64,000 nucleotides of DNA from positions 4,115 through 68,114 of the forward strand of contig JACOSB010000019.1 of the NCBI GenBank assembly GCA_016179105.1, given 5' to 3'. Under the pieces are notes generated by a model. The model worked only from the letters and a program-made list of their open reading frames with translations. It ran no database searches and was not told the origin of the DNA. How positions within the stretch are numbered: the stretch's first letter is position 1; the number at the start of each line of letters is the position of its first letter. Position numbers and translations under genes: made by a program. The DNA comes from Candidatus Acetothermia bacterium (GTDB lineage: Bacteria > Bipolaricaulota > Bipolaricaulia > RBG-16-55-9 > DRXL01). Positions 36,915 to 46,306 of the stretch are shown piece by piece.

Positions 36915-39555
36915 GAAGAGACTCTTATTAGTAGATGCCGGCTCGATCATCTATCCGGCCTATCACGTCTTCAAAGATCTCTTGAACAGCCAAGGCTTTC
37001 CCACAGGCGCGATCTTCGGCGTCACGCGCATCTTGATGCGAATCTTAAAAGAATTCCCCTCAAAATATGTTGCCATCTGTTTTGACAGCCGGGGAAAAAA
37101 TTTTCGTCACGAAAAATTTGAAGCCTACAAAGCGCATCGCCCCTCGATGGACGAAGCTTTGGTAGTGCAAGTCCCGCGTATCAAAGAAGTGGTTGACGCC
37201 TTCGGGTTGCCTAGGGCCGAACAGCAAGGCTACGAAGCCGATGATGTGATCGCCGCGCTCACGCAACAAGCAAAAGCGCAAAAGCTCGGTGTGGTGATCG
37301 TGACGGGCGACAAAGACCTGATGCAGCTCGTCGACGAGAACGTGTACGTGGCAAGACCCGGACGCGATCCCGCGAGAGACCTTCGTTTGCTCGACGTCAA
37401 AGGAGTCGAAGAATATATGGGCATCCCGCCCGCAAAAATTATTGACTTTCTCTCGCTCACCGGCGACAGCGTGGACAACGTGCCGGGCGTGCCCGGCATC
37501 GGCGAGAAGACAGCGCAGCAGCTCTTGAATGAATTCGGCTCGCTCGACAATATCTTAGCCAACGCTGACCGAGTGAAAACGAAAAAATTGAACGAGAATT
37601 TGAAAACGTATCGAGAGCAAGCGCTACTGAGTCGGGAGCTCGTTCAACTCCATACAGATGGAATACAAGCTCGGATTGATCAATGTGAGCTGCGCTCACC
37701 AAATTCTGAAAAACTCAAGGCGCTCTTCGAGGAGTTCGAGTTTCGTTCCATACTGAAAGATTTGGGCCTCGTGACCAGCGAGGCTCCCCCGCCACGACCC
37801 AAGATTCAGTCTCATATCGTTCTCAAAAGAGAACAACTCGATGAGTTACTGAAAAAACTCGAAACGGCGCCAATGGTTTCTCTCGACACCGAGACGACGA
37901 GCCCAGACTCGATGCGCGCCGAGCTGGTCGGAGTCTCCTGCGCTGTTCAGCCGGGTGAAGCCTTTTATATTCCCGTAGGACACGATTATCTGGGAGCGCC
38001 CGAGCAACTCTCTCGTAGCTATGTGATCACTCTCTTGAAGCCAGTTTTGGAGAGCAAGCCGATCATCGGACAGAATCTTAAGTATGACGCGAAAGTGCTG
38101 AAACGTTACGGCGTTGAGCTGAAACACATCTCATTCGATACGATGCTCGCGGCGTACTTGATCGACCCGGAGAGCCGCAAAGATTTGGATGAGCTGTCCA
38201 AGCGCTATCTCGATCATGGCGTGATGGATTTTGAAGAGTTGGGCCGCGAGCGCATGAACGAAGTCGAAGTGGATCGCGCCGCCGAGTACTCCTGCATGGA
38301 TGCTGAAGTCGTTATCAGACTTCGTGAGAAACTTCTCCCGTTGCTCCAAGAACGTAACCTTGAAAAGCTCTATAACGAGATTGAACTTCCATTGATTGGC
38401 GTGCTCGTAGAGATGGAGCGCAACGGGATTTTGGTCGACAAAGAAGTGTTGCGCGAACAAGCCAAAGAGCTTGAAGTTTTGCTAAAACAATTACAGCAAG
38501 ATATTTTTCATTTGGCGGGCGAAGAGTTTAACCCAAACTCGCCCAAGCAAGTCGCACATATTTTGTTTGAGAAGCTAAAACTGCCCGTACACAAGAAAAC
38601 GAAGACCGGCCCGTCGACCGACGCATCGGTTCTGCAAGATTTAATAACTTTGCATCCATTACCCGAAAAGCTTCTCGTTTCTCGTGAGCTAGAAAAGTTA
38701 TTGAATACTTATATCTATAAGTTGCCCGAGTACGTTCACCCTGAGACTGGACGCGTGCACACAAATTTTAATCAAAGTATCGCGACGACCGGCCGCCTCA
38801 GCGCGAGCGACCCGAACTTGCAGAACATCCCCATTCGCACCGAGCTGGGTGGCCAGATTCGTAAAGCATTTATCGCGCCGCCGGGTAAGCTCTTGATCGG
38901 CGCGGACTATTCTCAGATCGAACTGCGCGTGCTGGCCCACATCTCGCAAGACCCCGGACTCATCGCCGCGTTCGAACGCGATGAGGACGTGCACGTGCGC
39001 ACGGCTGCAACGATCTTCAATCTGCTCTTAGATCAAGTCGGTTCACGCGAGCGGCGCATCGCCAAAACGATTAATTTCGGGCTCTCTTACGGGATGACCA
39101 GCTTCGGGCTCGCGCAGCGTGTCGGGATCAGCCGTTCGGAGGCCGATCAGTTTGTGAAAAATTATTTTACGAACTATCCCGGCGTCAAAGCCTACATGGA
39201 GCGTATAGTAAAAGAAGCCGAAGAGAAGGGTTTTTTAGAAACGTTGAGGGGCCGCCGTCGTTATTTCTCTGACGTGCGGGGACGCACCGAACGTGAAGCG
39301 ATTAATTTTGGCATCCAAGGCACGGCCGCTGACTTAATGAAGCTCGCCATGCTCCGCGTGCATGAGCTCATTCGTTCGAGTAAAATAAGAGCGCGGATGC
39401 TTCTGCAGGTTCACGACGAACTCATCTTTGAGGCCGACGCGAAGGATGCTCACGGAGCGGCCGAACACATTCAACAGACGATGGAAGCTGTGTCCACGTT
39501 GCGTGTCCCGTTGAAAGTCGACGTGCACGTCGGGGGTCACTGGGGGGAAATCTAG
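36883..39555 (+). CDS. polA: DNA polymerase I
   Basis: 5'-3' exo (LLLVDAGSIIYPAYH), 3'-5' exo and polymerase motifs (RRIAKTINFGLSYGM, LLQVHDELIFE). Confidence 0.9.
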   Translation: MEQAQNQWRDEKRLLLVDAGSIIYPAYHVFKDLLNSQGFPTGAIFGVTRILMRILKEFPSKYVAICFDSRGKNFRHEKFEAYKAHRPSMDEALVVQVPRIKEVVDAFGLPRAEQQGYEADDVIAALTQQAKAQKLGVVIVTGDKDLMQLVDENVYVARPGRDPARDLRLLDVKGVEEYMGIPPAKIIDFLSLTGDSVDNVPGVPGIGEKTAQQLLNEFGSLDNILANADRVKTKKLNENLKTYREQALLSRELVQLHTDGIQARIDQCELRSPNSEKLKALFEEFEFRSILKDLGLVTSEAPPPRPKIQSHIVLKREQLDELLKKLETAPMVSLDTETTSPDSMRAELVGVSCAVQPGEAFYIPVGHDYLGAPEQLSRSYVITLLKPVLESKPIIGQNLKYDAKVLKRYGVELKHISFDTMLAAYLIDPESRKDLDELSKRYLDHGVMDFEELGRERMNEVEVDRAAEYSCMDAEVVIRLREKLLPLLQERNLEKLYNEIELPLIGVLVEMERNGILVDKEVLREQAKELEVLLKQLQQDIFHLAGEEFNPNSPKQVAHILFEKLKLPVHKKTKTGPSTDASVLQDLITLHPLPEKLLVSRELEKLLNTYIYKLPEYVHPETGRVHTNFNQSIATTGRLSASDPNLQNIPIRTELGGQIRKAFIAPPGKLLIGADYSQIELRVLAHISQDPGLIAAFERDEDVHVRTAATIFNLLLDQVGSRERRIAKTINFGLSYGMTSFGLAQRVGISRSEADQFVKNYFTNYPGVKAYMERIVKEAEEKGFLETLRGRRRYFSDVRGRTEREAINFGIQGTAADLMKLAMLRVHELIRSSKIRARMLLQVHDELIFEADAKDAHGAAEHIQQTMEAVSTLRVPLKVDVHVGGHWGEI

Positions 39556-39684
39556 GTGGGTGAAACTTTTTTGCTCCCACAGGGGTAAGTATATAAATCT
39601 CAAGCCAAATGAATTTTGGTACGCTTAGGAGCTGCTGGATTGGGAATGTGAGCACATACCAAAACCTCAGAGGAGGGGTGCTGT

Positions 39685-41184
39685 ATGTTTAGTAGCTCCA
39701 AGTCACTCCGGATCGTCCTGACGTTTTTGATTTTCGCGAGTGCGTTAGTCTATGGAGTTGTGGCTTTCGGGCAAAACTCCGCCACTCTAGTCGTCGATTC
39801 CGATCCTAATCAATCCCAAGTCTTTGTGGATGGCATGTCCAAGGGCGTCACGCCTGTCTCGGTGACCGTGGCCGCCGGGAACCATCAAGTCATCGTACGC
39901 CATAGCGGCTGCCGCGACTTTATCATGGTGCTCTTCTTGCAAGCGGGCGAGAAGAGAACGATTTCAGCTCGGCTCAGCTGTACCTCCAATAACAACGCGC
40001 TCTTGCTCCTCGATTCTAACCCGGATGGAGCGCAGATCTTCTTAGATAGTCAATTCCGCGGGAACACGCCGAACGTCTTAAACGTTGCGGCGGGCGCGCA
40101 CAGCCTCTTATTGCGCCGCGCGAACTGCCAAGACTTTACGATGTCGCTCACCTTGAATGCAGGTGAGCAGCGCCGCGTCCAAGCGACTTTAGCCTGCACC
40201 AATGTGCAGCCGCCCGGCTTCCCGCCGATGCCCCCGACGCAACCCCAGCAGAGCCCGGTCGCACAAGTGGCCGCCCAAGGCCAAGCCATTCTGCCGAGCG
40301 ACCCGCGCTTTGGCGCTTTGTCCGCCCAGTTCTTAGCTTCCATGAATATGGACGAACAAGCGTTGGCCGCTCGATTGCAAGCAGCGTATTCGGCTTCGGA
40401 ATCACACGAGGGAGCTCAGGCTCAATCCACAGGAGGAGTTAATTTCTCCATCCTGCCCGAGGCCCAGAGCGTTGACCTCAATCAAGTTGTACTCCAGCAG
40501 GGTCAAACCATGCTCTTGGGAACAGTGAGTCTCTCCTCGAACGGCACGATTGGCGGCGTCCCGCTCCCCGCTGGCAATTACGGCGTCGCGGTCATGAGCT
40601 CGGGAGCCGCAGGGCTCATGACGGACAGCACCTCCTCCGGGACGTTCGGGGGATTCGTGATCGTGATTATCGGCTTCACAGGGCACATTAATTTCTTCAT
40701 CTTCTTCCCGACCGTAACGTTCTTCCCATTCTTCTTCCCGTTCTTTAGCCCGATCTTCGTCTTCCAGATCTTCATCCAGTTTATCTTCCCGTTCCCGTTC
40801 TTCTTCCCCTTTTTCCCTTTCCCGTTCCCGGGTCCAGGCCCGGTCTTTGCGTGTCCGCCGCTGCCCGTCGTGACGCCCTTCACGGTCACGGTCGGAGGGC
40901 CGCCAGACACGATCTTGACGACCGCGGCGTTCACGATCAGCGAGACGGGGTTTGGCGGAGGTGGAGGGGCACTCGTGACAGTGCAATCGTATGGTCCAGC
41001 CCTGAGCGTTCAGGCAATGGGGAACTTCTCCTCGCGCTTTGTGACCGTCTTCCCCGGCGGGAGCGTGACGTTTGACGTCATCTCCACCAGCTTCGTCATG
41101 CGGGTAGACGGTGGAGGCGTGACGGGCTGCGTGAACGCCACCCGAAGCCCGACCACGATCAGCGGACAAGCTTCGCATAACTAG
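39685..41184 (+). CDS. Secreted protein paralog P1: signal peptide + 2 PEGA domains + conserved Q/A-rich module + Phe/Pro-rich hydrophobic low-complexity segment + Cys-containing C-terminal domain
   Basis: PEGA motifs (VFVDGMSKGVTPVSV; IFLDSQFRGNTPNVL). Segment FFIFFPTVTFFPFFFPFFSPIFVFQIFIQFIFPFPFFFPFFPFPFP. C-terminus ...DGGGVTGCVNAT...ISGQASHN. Confidence 0.7.
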   Translation: MFSSSKSLRIVLTFLIFASALVYGVVAFGQNSATLVVDSDPNQSQVFVDGMSKGVTPVSVTVAAGNHQVIVRHSGCRDFIMVLFLQAGEKRTISARLSCTSNNNALLLLDSNPDGAQIFLDSQFRGNTPNVLNVAAGAHSLLLRRANCQDFTMSLTLNAGEQRRVQATLACTNVQPPGFPPMPPTQPQQSPVAQVAAQGQAILPSDPRFGALSAQFLASMNMDEQALAARLQAAYSASESHEGAQAQSTGGVNFSILPEAQSVDLNQVVLQQGQTMLLGTVSLSSNGTIGGVPLPAGNYGVAVMSSGAAGLMTDSTSSGTFGGFVIVIIGFTGHINFFIFFPTVTFFPFFFPFFSPIFVFQIFIQFIFPFPFFFPFFPFPFPGPGPVFACPPLPVVTPFTVTVGGPPDTILTTAAFTISETGFGGGGGALVTVQSYGPALSVQAMGNFSSRFVTVFPGGSVTFDVISTSFVMRVDGGGVTGCVNATRSPTTISGQASHN

Positions 41185-41213
41185 CGATAGAGCAAGAGAC
41201 AGAATCACATCCT

Positions 41214-41241
41214 GTAGGGATGCAGCATGCTGCATCCCTAC
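41214..41241. repeat. REP-like palindrome gtagggatgcaGCATGCtgcatccctac followed by a T-run (likely terminator of P1)
   Basis: Perfect inverted repeat + gttttt. Confidence 0.75.
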
Positions 41242-41389
41242 GTTTTTAGGGGAATATGCAATCCCCGATCTGATCGGGTAGAATTCGATCGTAAGGGAAG
41301 AAATCTGAAACTTTTTTCGCGGACCGAGGGTATATTACGGCGATCGTGAGACCTACAGATTCCAAACAATCCTGAGGAGGGATTAACCT

Positions 41390-43099
41390 ATGTTCAGTGG
41401 TTTCCGCCCGTTACGGGCGATTCTGGCGCTACTCTTGTTAGTTGGGGTGACTGTCTCCTTTGCCGGAGCACAGAATGCCCCCTTGGGCATCGTCGTCCAA
41501 CCGTCCGACCTCGCTGTCACCATCGCGACAGATAAGAATGCTTATCAAATTGGAGAAAACGTACGCATCAACGGAACAGTCAACCAAAATGCATTTCTCT
41601 ACATCGTCGATGTCGACCCGGCCAATAGCGTCACCCTGATCTTCCCGAATGCCTTCTCGACGAACAATCAGATTCCCGCAGGCCCTTATGCTCTTCCGGA
41701 CAAGCCTGGCTACGACCTGAGAGTAACTCCTCCAGCGGGTACAGAGTTTGAGTACGCCATCGCTTCCACAGAACCTCTCAATCTTCAAGCCGTCTTCAGT
41801 CAGGCCAACCCGTTCGCGTCGCTCGGCAACCCGCAACAAGCTCAAGGGCGAATTCAAGGCGCGATTCAAGGGCTTGTGCCCACAGCAAAATCTGCCGTCT
41901 CGTTCACCAGCTTCCAGGTCGGCGGTCAACAGCCCCCGATCATGGGTACAGCGTTCTTGTTGATTGAGTCGAACCCGAGCGGCGCTCAAGTTTTCTTGAA
42001 CGGCCAAGCGCGTGGTGCAACACCGGCCTCTTTCTTACTAGCCGCCGGGGCTTATCAGATCTTGCTCCGTGCGCCTAATTGTCAAGATTTCTTCGCGAAT
42101 ATCGTGCTCGCTCCGGGTGAGCAGCGTCGTCTCTCGGCGACCTTGGTCTGCGCGCAGCAGCCGCCGATCAACCCGCAGGACCCGACGGCCCAGATCGCCG
42201 CCCAAGCCCAAACGATCACGCCGAGCGATCCGCGCTTTGCCGCCTTAGCGGTTCAGTTCTACGCCAGCTTAGGACAGAACCAGCAGGGCATTGCGGCGCG
42301 CCTGCAGGCCGCTCTGGGTACAGCACCTCAGGGCATCGTGCCGCAGCCGACGCAAGGCGCGCAGTTCTCGATCTTCCCCGAAATGCAGAATATCAACCTG
42401 AACCAGGCTGTGCTCCAACAGGGCCAGACTTTACTCTTAGGAACGATTACGCTTCCGACCAACACCACAGTCGGCGGGCTGCCGCTTAGCGCGGGCACCT
42501 ATGGCGTGGGCGTGATGGCGAGCACCGCCGGAGGATTCACGCTACACAGAGCCTCGGCTGGAGCTCAATTCGGCGGCTTTGTGATCGTGTTGATTAACTT
42601 CAACACGGGAAGCGTAGTGGCTTTCTTCTTCTTCCCGACGGTCAGTTTCTTCCCGATCTTCTTCCCGGTCTTTAGCCCGATCTTCGTCTTCCAGATCATC
42701 ATTCAGATTACGATCGTGGTGCCGGGATTCCCGTTCCCCTTCCCGTTCCCCTTCCCGACAGTCGGCTGTCCCGCGTTGCCCTTTGTCACTCCGATCAACG
42801 TTCCGATCGGTGGTCCCAATGACACGCTGGTGGCGACGACGGCCTTCATCGTCCAAGAAGTGGGCCTCAGCTTGAGCGGGGTGTTGATCAGAATCCAGTC
42901 GCTCGGACCAGGCTTGAGCTTCCAACTCGTGACGGGCTCGCTCTTGCGCTTCGGTTCGATCTTCCCCGCGTCGAGTGGGTTGATTGCCCTGCCGGTCGGG
43001 TCCTCTTTCGTCTTGAGGGTCGACGGCGGCGGCAAGACGGGCTGCGTGAACGCGACGACCAACTTCTTCACGATCACGGGCACGGCGAGCAATAACTAA
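41390..43099 (+). CDS. Secreted protein paralog P2: signal peptide + DUF4384-like domain + PEGA + conserved module + Phe/Pro-rich segment + Cys C-terminal domain
   Basis: Shares the module ITPSDPRFAALAVQFYASLG...LNQAVLQQGQTLLLGT...GGFVIVLINF...FFFFPTVSFFPIFFPVFSPIFVFQIIIQ...GCPALP...DGGGKTGCVNAT with P1 and P3. Confidence 0.7.
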   Translation: MFSGFRPLRAILALLLLVGVTVSFAGAQNAPLGIVVQPSDLAVTIATDKNAYQIGENVRINGTVNQNAFLYIVDVDPANSVTLIFPNAFSTNNQIPAGPYALPDKPGYDLRVTPPAGTEFEYAIASTEPLNLQAVFSQANPFASLGNPQQAQGRIQGAIQGLVPTAKSAVSFTSFQVGGQQPPIMGTAFLLIESNPSGAQVFLNGQARGATPASFLLAAGAYQILLRAPNCQDFFANIVLAPGEQRRLSATLVCAQQPPINPQDPTAQIAAQAQTITPSDPRFAALAVQFYASLGQNQQGIAARLQAALGTAPQGIVPQPTQGAQFSIFPEMQNINLNQAVLQQGQTLLLGTITLPTNTTVGGLPLSAGTYGVGVMASTAGGFTLHRASAGAQFGGFVIVLINFNTGSVVAFFFFPTVSFFPIFFPVFSPIFVFQIIIQITIVVPGFPFPFPFPFPTVGCPALPFVTPINVPIGGPNDTLVATTAFIVQEVGLSLSGVLIRIQSLGPGLSFQLVTGSLLRFGSIFPASSGLIALPVGSSFVLRVDGGGKTGCVNATTNFFTITGTASNN

Positions 43100-43129
43100 C
43101 GCATAGCTCAACCATTAAGCAAATCCGAA

Positions 43130-43173
43130 CGAAGGGCAGTTCTCTACCGTGAGAGCTGTCCTTCTTTTTGTTT
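43130..43173 (+). terminator. Rho-independent terminator after P2
   Basis: gaagggcag...ctgtccttc stem followed by tttttgttt. Confidence 0.55.
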
Positions 43174-43179
43174 CCGTAC

Positions 43180-43209
43180 TTGACAAAAATTTTGTCTACG
43201 CTTTATAAT
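43180..43209 (+). promoter_or_regulatory. Near-consensus sigma70 promoter TTGACA-N18-TATAAT
   Basis: cttgacaaaaattttgtctacgctttataat; no protein-coding ORF follows. Confidence 0.55.
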
Positions 43210-43215
43210 TAACGT

Positions 43216-43545
43216 GGAGGTCGAAAAAGACCAGTCAATTCTTTTGAGTACGAGATGTCCGTGCAAGGGCAAACCTGTCGCAAGGCAGGGGCGCAAAACC
43301 ACGGATCTGTCCGACAGACCGCCGGGTTGCCACGGGACTCCTGGATTCCTAAGGAGTGTGAGGGCTCAGGCGGTTCAATTTTTTCACTCAACTGATAAAA
43401 CGGAGCAAAGCGCGAAGGGACTGCACGCAAAGATTAGCGAAACCCCGCGGGGAAGAGGGATAGAGAGGGAAAGTGGGGTGCAGGCAAGAATCGAGACTCC
43501 CAGAGGCTGTGGAGTATTCTCCTGCGCCCCAAACTATATTCATTG
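43216..43545 (+). ncRNA. Candidate non-coding RNA or long structured greA leader (about 330 nt)
   Basis: The strong promoter at 43180-43209 is followed by GC-rich, stop-codon-dense sequence with no plausible ORF. greA has its own TTGCAC-N17-TACAAT promoter further downstream. Confidence 0.3.
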
Positions 43546-43548
43546 CGC

Positions 43549-43577
43549 TTGCACGGTTTTCGGGTCTCTTCTACAAT
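43549..43577 (+). promoter_or_regulatory. Sigma70-like promoter TTGCAC-N17-TACAAT for greA
   Basis: cttgcacggttttcgggtctcttctacaat lies 36 nt upstream of the greA ATG with AGGAGG RBS. Confidence 0.5.
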
Positions 43578-43613
43578 GGGGTTGAAAACATTCATAACTC
43601 TCAGGAGGATTCG

Positions 43614-44081
43614 ATGAGCGAGCGCATTCCGATGACGGCGGAAGGGTATGAACAGATCCGCGAAGATCTCGCCCGATTGGAGTCCGAGCGGCCTAAAATC
43701 GCCGCGATGATCGCCAAGGCCCGCGCTTACGGCGACCTCAAAGAAAACGCTGAGTATCATTCAGCCAAAGAAAAACAAGGTTTTTTAGAGGCCAGCATTC
43801 GTGATCTAGAAGCCAAGCTAGCTCGTGCTTTCGTCATCGACGAAAAAACGTCCACGTCCGGGCAAGTTGGCTATGGCTCGCTCGTCACGATCGAAGACTC
43901 CAGCGCCGGGGCGCGTTTTCAGTACAAACTCGTCGGCCCCGCCGAAGCCGACCCCGAGGCTGACTTGATCTCGACGGCTTCCCCCGTCGGCAAGGCACTC
44001 TTGGGATGTAAACGGGGCGAGACCGTGCAGGTCCAGACGCCGGGAGGCCTGCGTTCCTACACCATCGTCGACGTGCAGTAG
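43614..44081 (+). CDS. greA: Transcription elongation factor GreA
   Basis: MSERIPMTAEGYEQIREDLARLE...AKARAYGDLKENAEYH is a canonical GreA N-terminal coiled coil. Confidence 0.9.
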   Translation: MSERIPMTAEGYEQIREDLARLESERPKIAAMIAKARAYGDLKENAEYHSAKEKQGFLEASIRDLEAKLARAFVIDEKTSTSGQVGYGSLVTIEDSSAGARFQYKLVGPAEADPEADLISTASPVGKALLGCKRGETVQVQTPGGLRSYTIVDVQ

Positions 44082-44122
44082 TTGGCACTTTTCTCAATTT
44101 TCTGACAAAAGGCCCGACAAAG

Positions 44123-44180
44123 CGTAGGGGCGAATCTTGTATTTGTCCTTTGGAAGGGGTGATCACAAGGATCGCCCCTA
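44123..44180. repeat. REP-like family variant: GTAGGGGCGAATCTTG...CAAGGATCGCCCCTAT with 26-nt loop
   Basis: Arms share the GTAGGGGCG/CGCCCCTA termini with the other copies. Confidence 0.55.
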
Positions 44181-44301
44181 TAGTTTGATCGACGTTCTTA
44201 ATGAGCCACTCCCCCTGAAACTTTTCCATACGTTCATGGGTATATCTTTTCAAGCGGCGTTTTTCTAAACTATTGAACTAGAGTTTTTAGGGGAGGAATG
44301 C

Positions 44302-45288
44302 ATGTTGCGAAAAATCGGGATCATCACTCTCGTCGGAATACTCTTCGGGTTTGCTTCAGGGCCTCTTCTGAGCCACGCTCAATCAACGCTCTCAGTGCAG
44401 ACCGTCGCGCAGCAATCTCAGACGATCTTGCCGGGCGACCCACTTTTTGCGTCCTACGAGACCCGCTTCTATCAGACGCTCGGAGTTTCTTCGACAGAAC
44501 TGGCACACAAGCTCCAGGCGATGACGACCGAATCGGCCGCGCCGCAGTCAACCCAAGCCGGCCAAGCGATGACGGTCTCGATCTCACCCGAATACAAAAA
44601 CACAGACTTGAAAACCGAAGTCGTCGCCAATGGCAAGACGCTCTTAGTAGGCACCGTCGAGCTGACGCGTGCGGGGGCTCTTGGCGGAGTGGCGCTACCG
44701 GCGGGCAAGTACGGCGTCGCCGCCATGAAGGGGTCGTTCGTCATTGTGCTGATCAACATCTCGAACGGCAATGTCGTTGCGTTTATTGTGATTTCAGACC
44801 CCTTAATTCTCGGATTTGGTTTCTTGCCCATTTTCTTCCCCTTTGAGATTTTTTTCCAAGTCGCGTTCGTGATCCCATTCCCGTTCCTCTTTCCACCGTT
44901 CTTCTTCCCGCCATTTTTTGTGACATTCGCGGGCTGTCCAGTGATGGGCAGGGCCGTGGCCGTCGATGTCACCGTCGGCAGTGGAGCGACGATCATCACT
45001 TCGCCGAGTTCTGGGCAGCCGACGTTAGCCATAAAAGACGGCGGTCGGTTGGGGGTTTTAACCGTTGAATCGTTGGAGCCCGCCAAGCGACCTTTGCGTT
45101 TTCAATTGCTGAGTTTAGGACGAATCGGCTTCGGCTTTGTCGGCGAAGGAGCGGCCGGGCACGCCAATGTGCCCGTGTTTGATACCCCCTTCGTATTGGT
45201 CGCAAGCGATGATCAAGGCCATTCGGCGTGCTTGAGCGCATTCGTGCTCTTTCCGGGAATCATCTCCGGGTCGGCTACCAGTAACTGA
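44302..45288 (+). CDS. Secreted protein paralog P3 (minimal form: signal peptide + conserved module + Phe/Pro-rich segment + Cys C-terminal domain)
   Basis: QSQTILPGDPLFASYETRFYQTLG...GKTLLVGTVELT...FVIVLINI...FLPIFFPFEIFFQVAFVIPFPFLFPPFFFPPFFVTFAGCP...ACLSAF...ISGSATSN. Confidence 0.65.
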   Translation: MLRKIGIITLVGILFGFASGPLLSHAQSTLSVQTVAQQSQTILPGDPLFASYETRFYQTLGVSSTELAHKLQAMTTESAAPQSTQAGQAMTVSISPEYKNTDLKTEVVANGKTLLVGTVELTRAGALGGVALPAGKYGVAAMKGSFVIVLINISNGNVVAFIVISDPLILGFGFLPIFFPFEIFFQVAFVIPFPFLFPPFFFPPFFVTFAGCPVMGRAVAVDVTVGSGATIITSPSSGQPTLAIKDGGRLGVLTVESLEPAKRPLRFQLLSLGRIGFGFVGEGAAGHANVPVFDTPFVLVASDDQGHSACLSAFVLFPGIISGSATSN

Positions 45289-45607
45289 AAATCGTAGTAG
45301 TCACAGAGAGCAAGAAAGAGGATAGAGATGAAAAGTAAGATGAGCCGGTGGGAACGGACAGGGGCGCAAAAGCGCTTATTCACGTGTAATACTGTTTTGC
45401 CTTCTGAATGTCCGAAGGCTGGCGTTACCAGATCAGCATTTTTCGCCCATCTATCACGACATGATCAATGCAAAACAGTATAATTCACCCGATTTCCACA
45501 GTTTTTCCACTTAGGCTCACATATACTTTGGACGTGGACGGAAAGGCTCGGAACGTTTGTAGCTTAAAAATTGACAACCCAAATCACAACTGAGGAGGCG
45601 GTACATA

Positions 45608-46282
45608 ATGTTCAGTCTCAAGACATGGGCAGTATGGACAGCGTTGGCCGTGTTGATGGTCGGAGCCGTTGGGCAGGTGGCGTTGGCACAAAATGGACAG
45701 TCGCAGCAGAATTCTCCTGTTTTCCCCGAAGATTATCTCTACAGAGCGGCCACGCAAATCTTGTCAGAGGTCAAGGTTATCGCCCCTGGAAGCAGTGAGT
45801 TCCAGGCGCTGGTCGATAAATTCTCTCAAGAGGAGCGCGATACGCAAATTACACGAATGCTTCCGCTCGATCGCAAGAACGTTTTGATGAACCCAAGTAC
45901 TCCGGTGTCGTTTGTCTTCTTTAAGCCGGCAGTCAAGCTCTATCTGCCGGATACGGCCGTCCTTCGTTCCAGCCGGATCCAGGGGATTATCCGCGGCAAC
46001 GGCGCGTTGATTGCCCCTCTGGGCTTGATCAAGATCAATGATAAGCTCTTCCCAGCCACTTTGCAGGGTGAGCCCTATACTGCGGGTGGTAAGATGTATG
46101 TGGCTCTGTATGACGACAGCAACAAGGTCGTCGGCATGATCCAGTTCCCGCAAGAAGTTACGGTCGCTGCGGCGCTGGAAGTCTTGCAGGCTCATGGCCC
46201 GGAGGATAACTTCTCCCCGTGGTTCCAGATCTACTTTACGGATGCTGTCATGATGAACATCGTGGCCTTCTTGCAGAACTAA
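45608..46282 (+). CDS. Secreted hypothetical protein (224 aa)
   Basis: Signal peptide MFSLKTWAVWTALAVLMVGAVGQVALA; GAGG RBS; no family recognised. Confidence 0.55.
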   Translation: MFSLKTWAVWTALAVLMVGAVGQVALAQNGQSQQNSPVFPEDYLYRAATQILSEVKVIAPGSSEFQALVDKFSQEERDTQITRMLPLDRKNVLMNPSTPVSFVFFKPAVKLYLPDTAVLRSSRIQGIIRGNGALIAPLGLIKINDKLFPATLQGEPYTAGGKMYVALYDDSNKVVGMIQFPQEVTVAAALEVLQAHGPEDNFSPWFQIYFTDAVMMNIVAFLQN

Positions 46283-46306
46283 CCAAGAAGCAACCTAAAA
46301 CAGAAG

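Noticed and set aside
40402-41235. Long minus-strand ORFs rich in E/R/D/K (e.g. EEREREDKLDEDLEDEDRAKEREEEWEE) opposite P1 and P2 (also 42542..43111)
   Set aside because: They are the antisense reading of the TTCTTCCCG-type Phe/Pro-rich repeats (TTC->GAA, CCG->CGG). They have no start context and are compositional artefacts.
43216-43545. Possibility that the greA-upstream transcript is RNase P RNA, tmRNA or SRP RNA
   Set aside because: The hallmark motifs are absent or in the wrong order (AGGAAAGTCCGGGCTCC / ACAGAACCCGGCTTA for RNase P; tRNA-like GGTTCGATTCC 3' end for tmRNA; GGAAGGAAGCAGC for SRP). Only weak partial similarities were seen.
43214-43585. 123-aa ORF MEVEKDQSILLSTRCPCKGKPVARQGRK... 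upstream of greA
   Set aside because: Low-complexity, no RBS, and it spans two promoters. The region is more plausibly non-coding RNA or leader.
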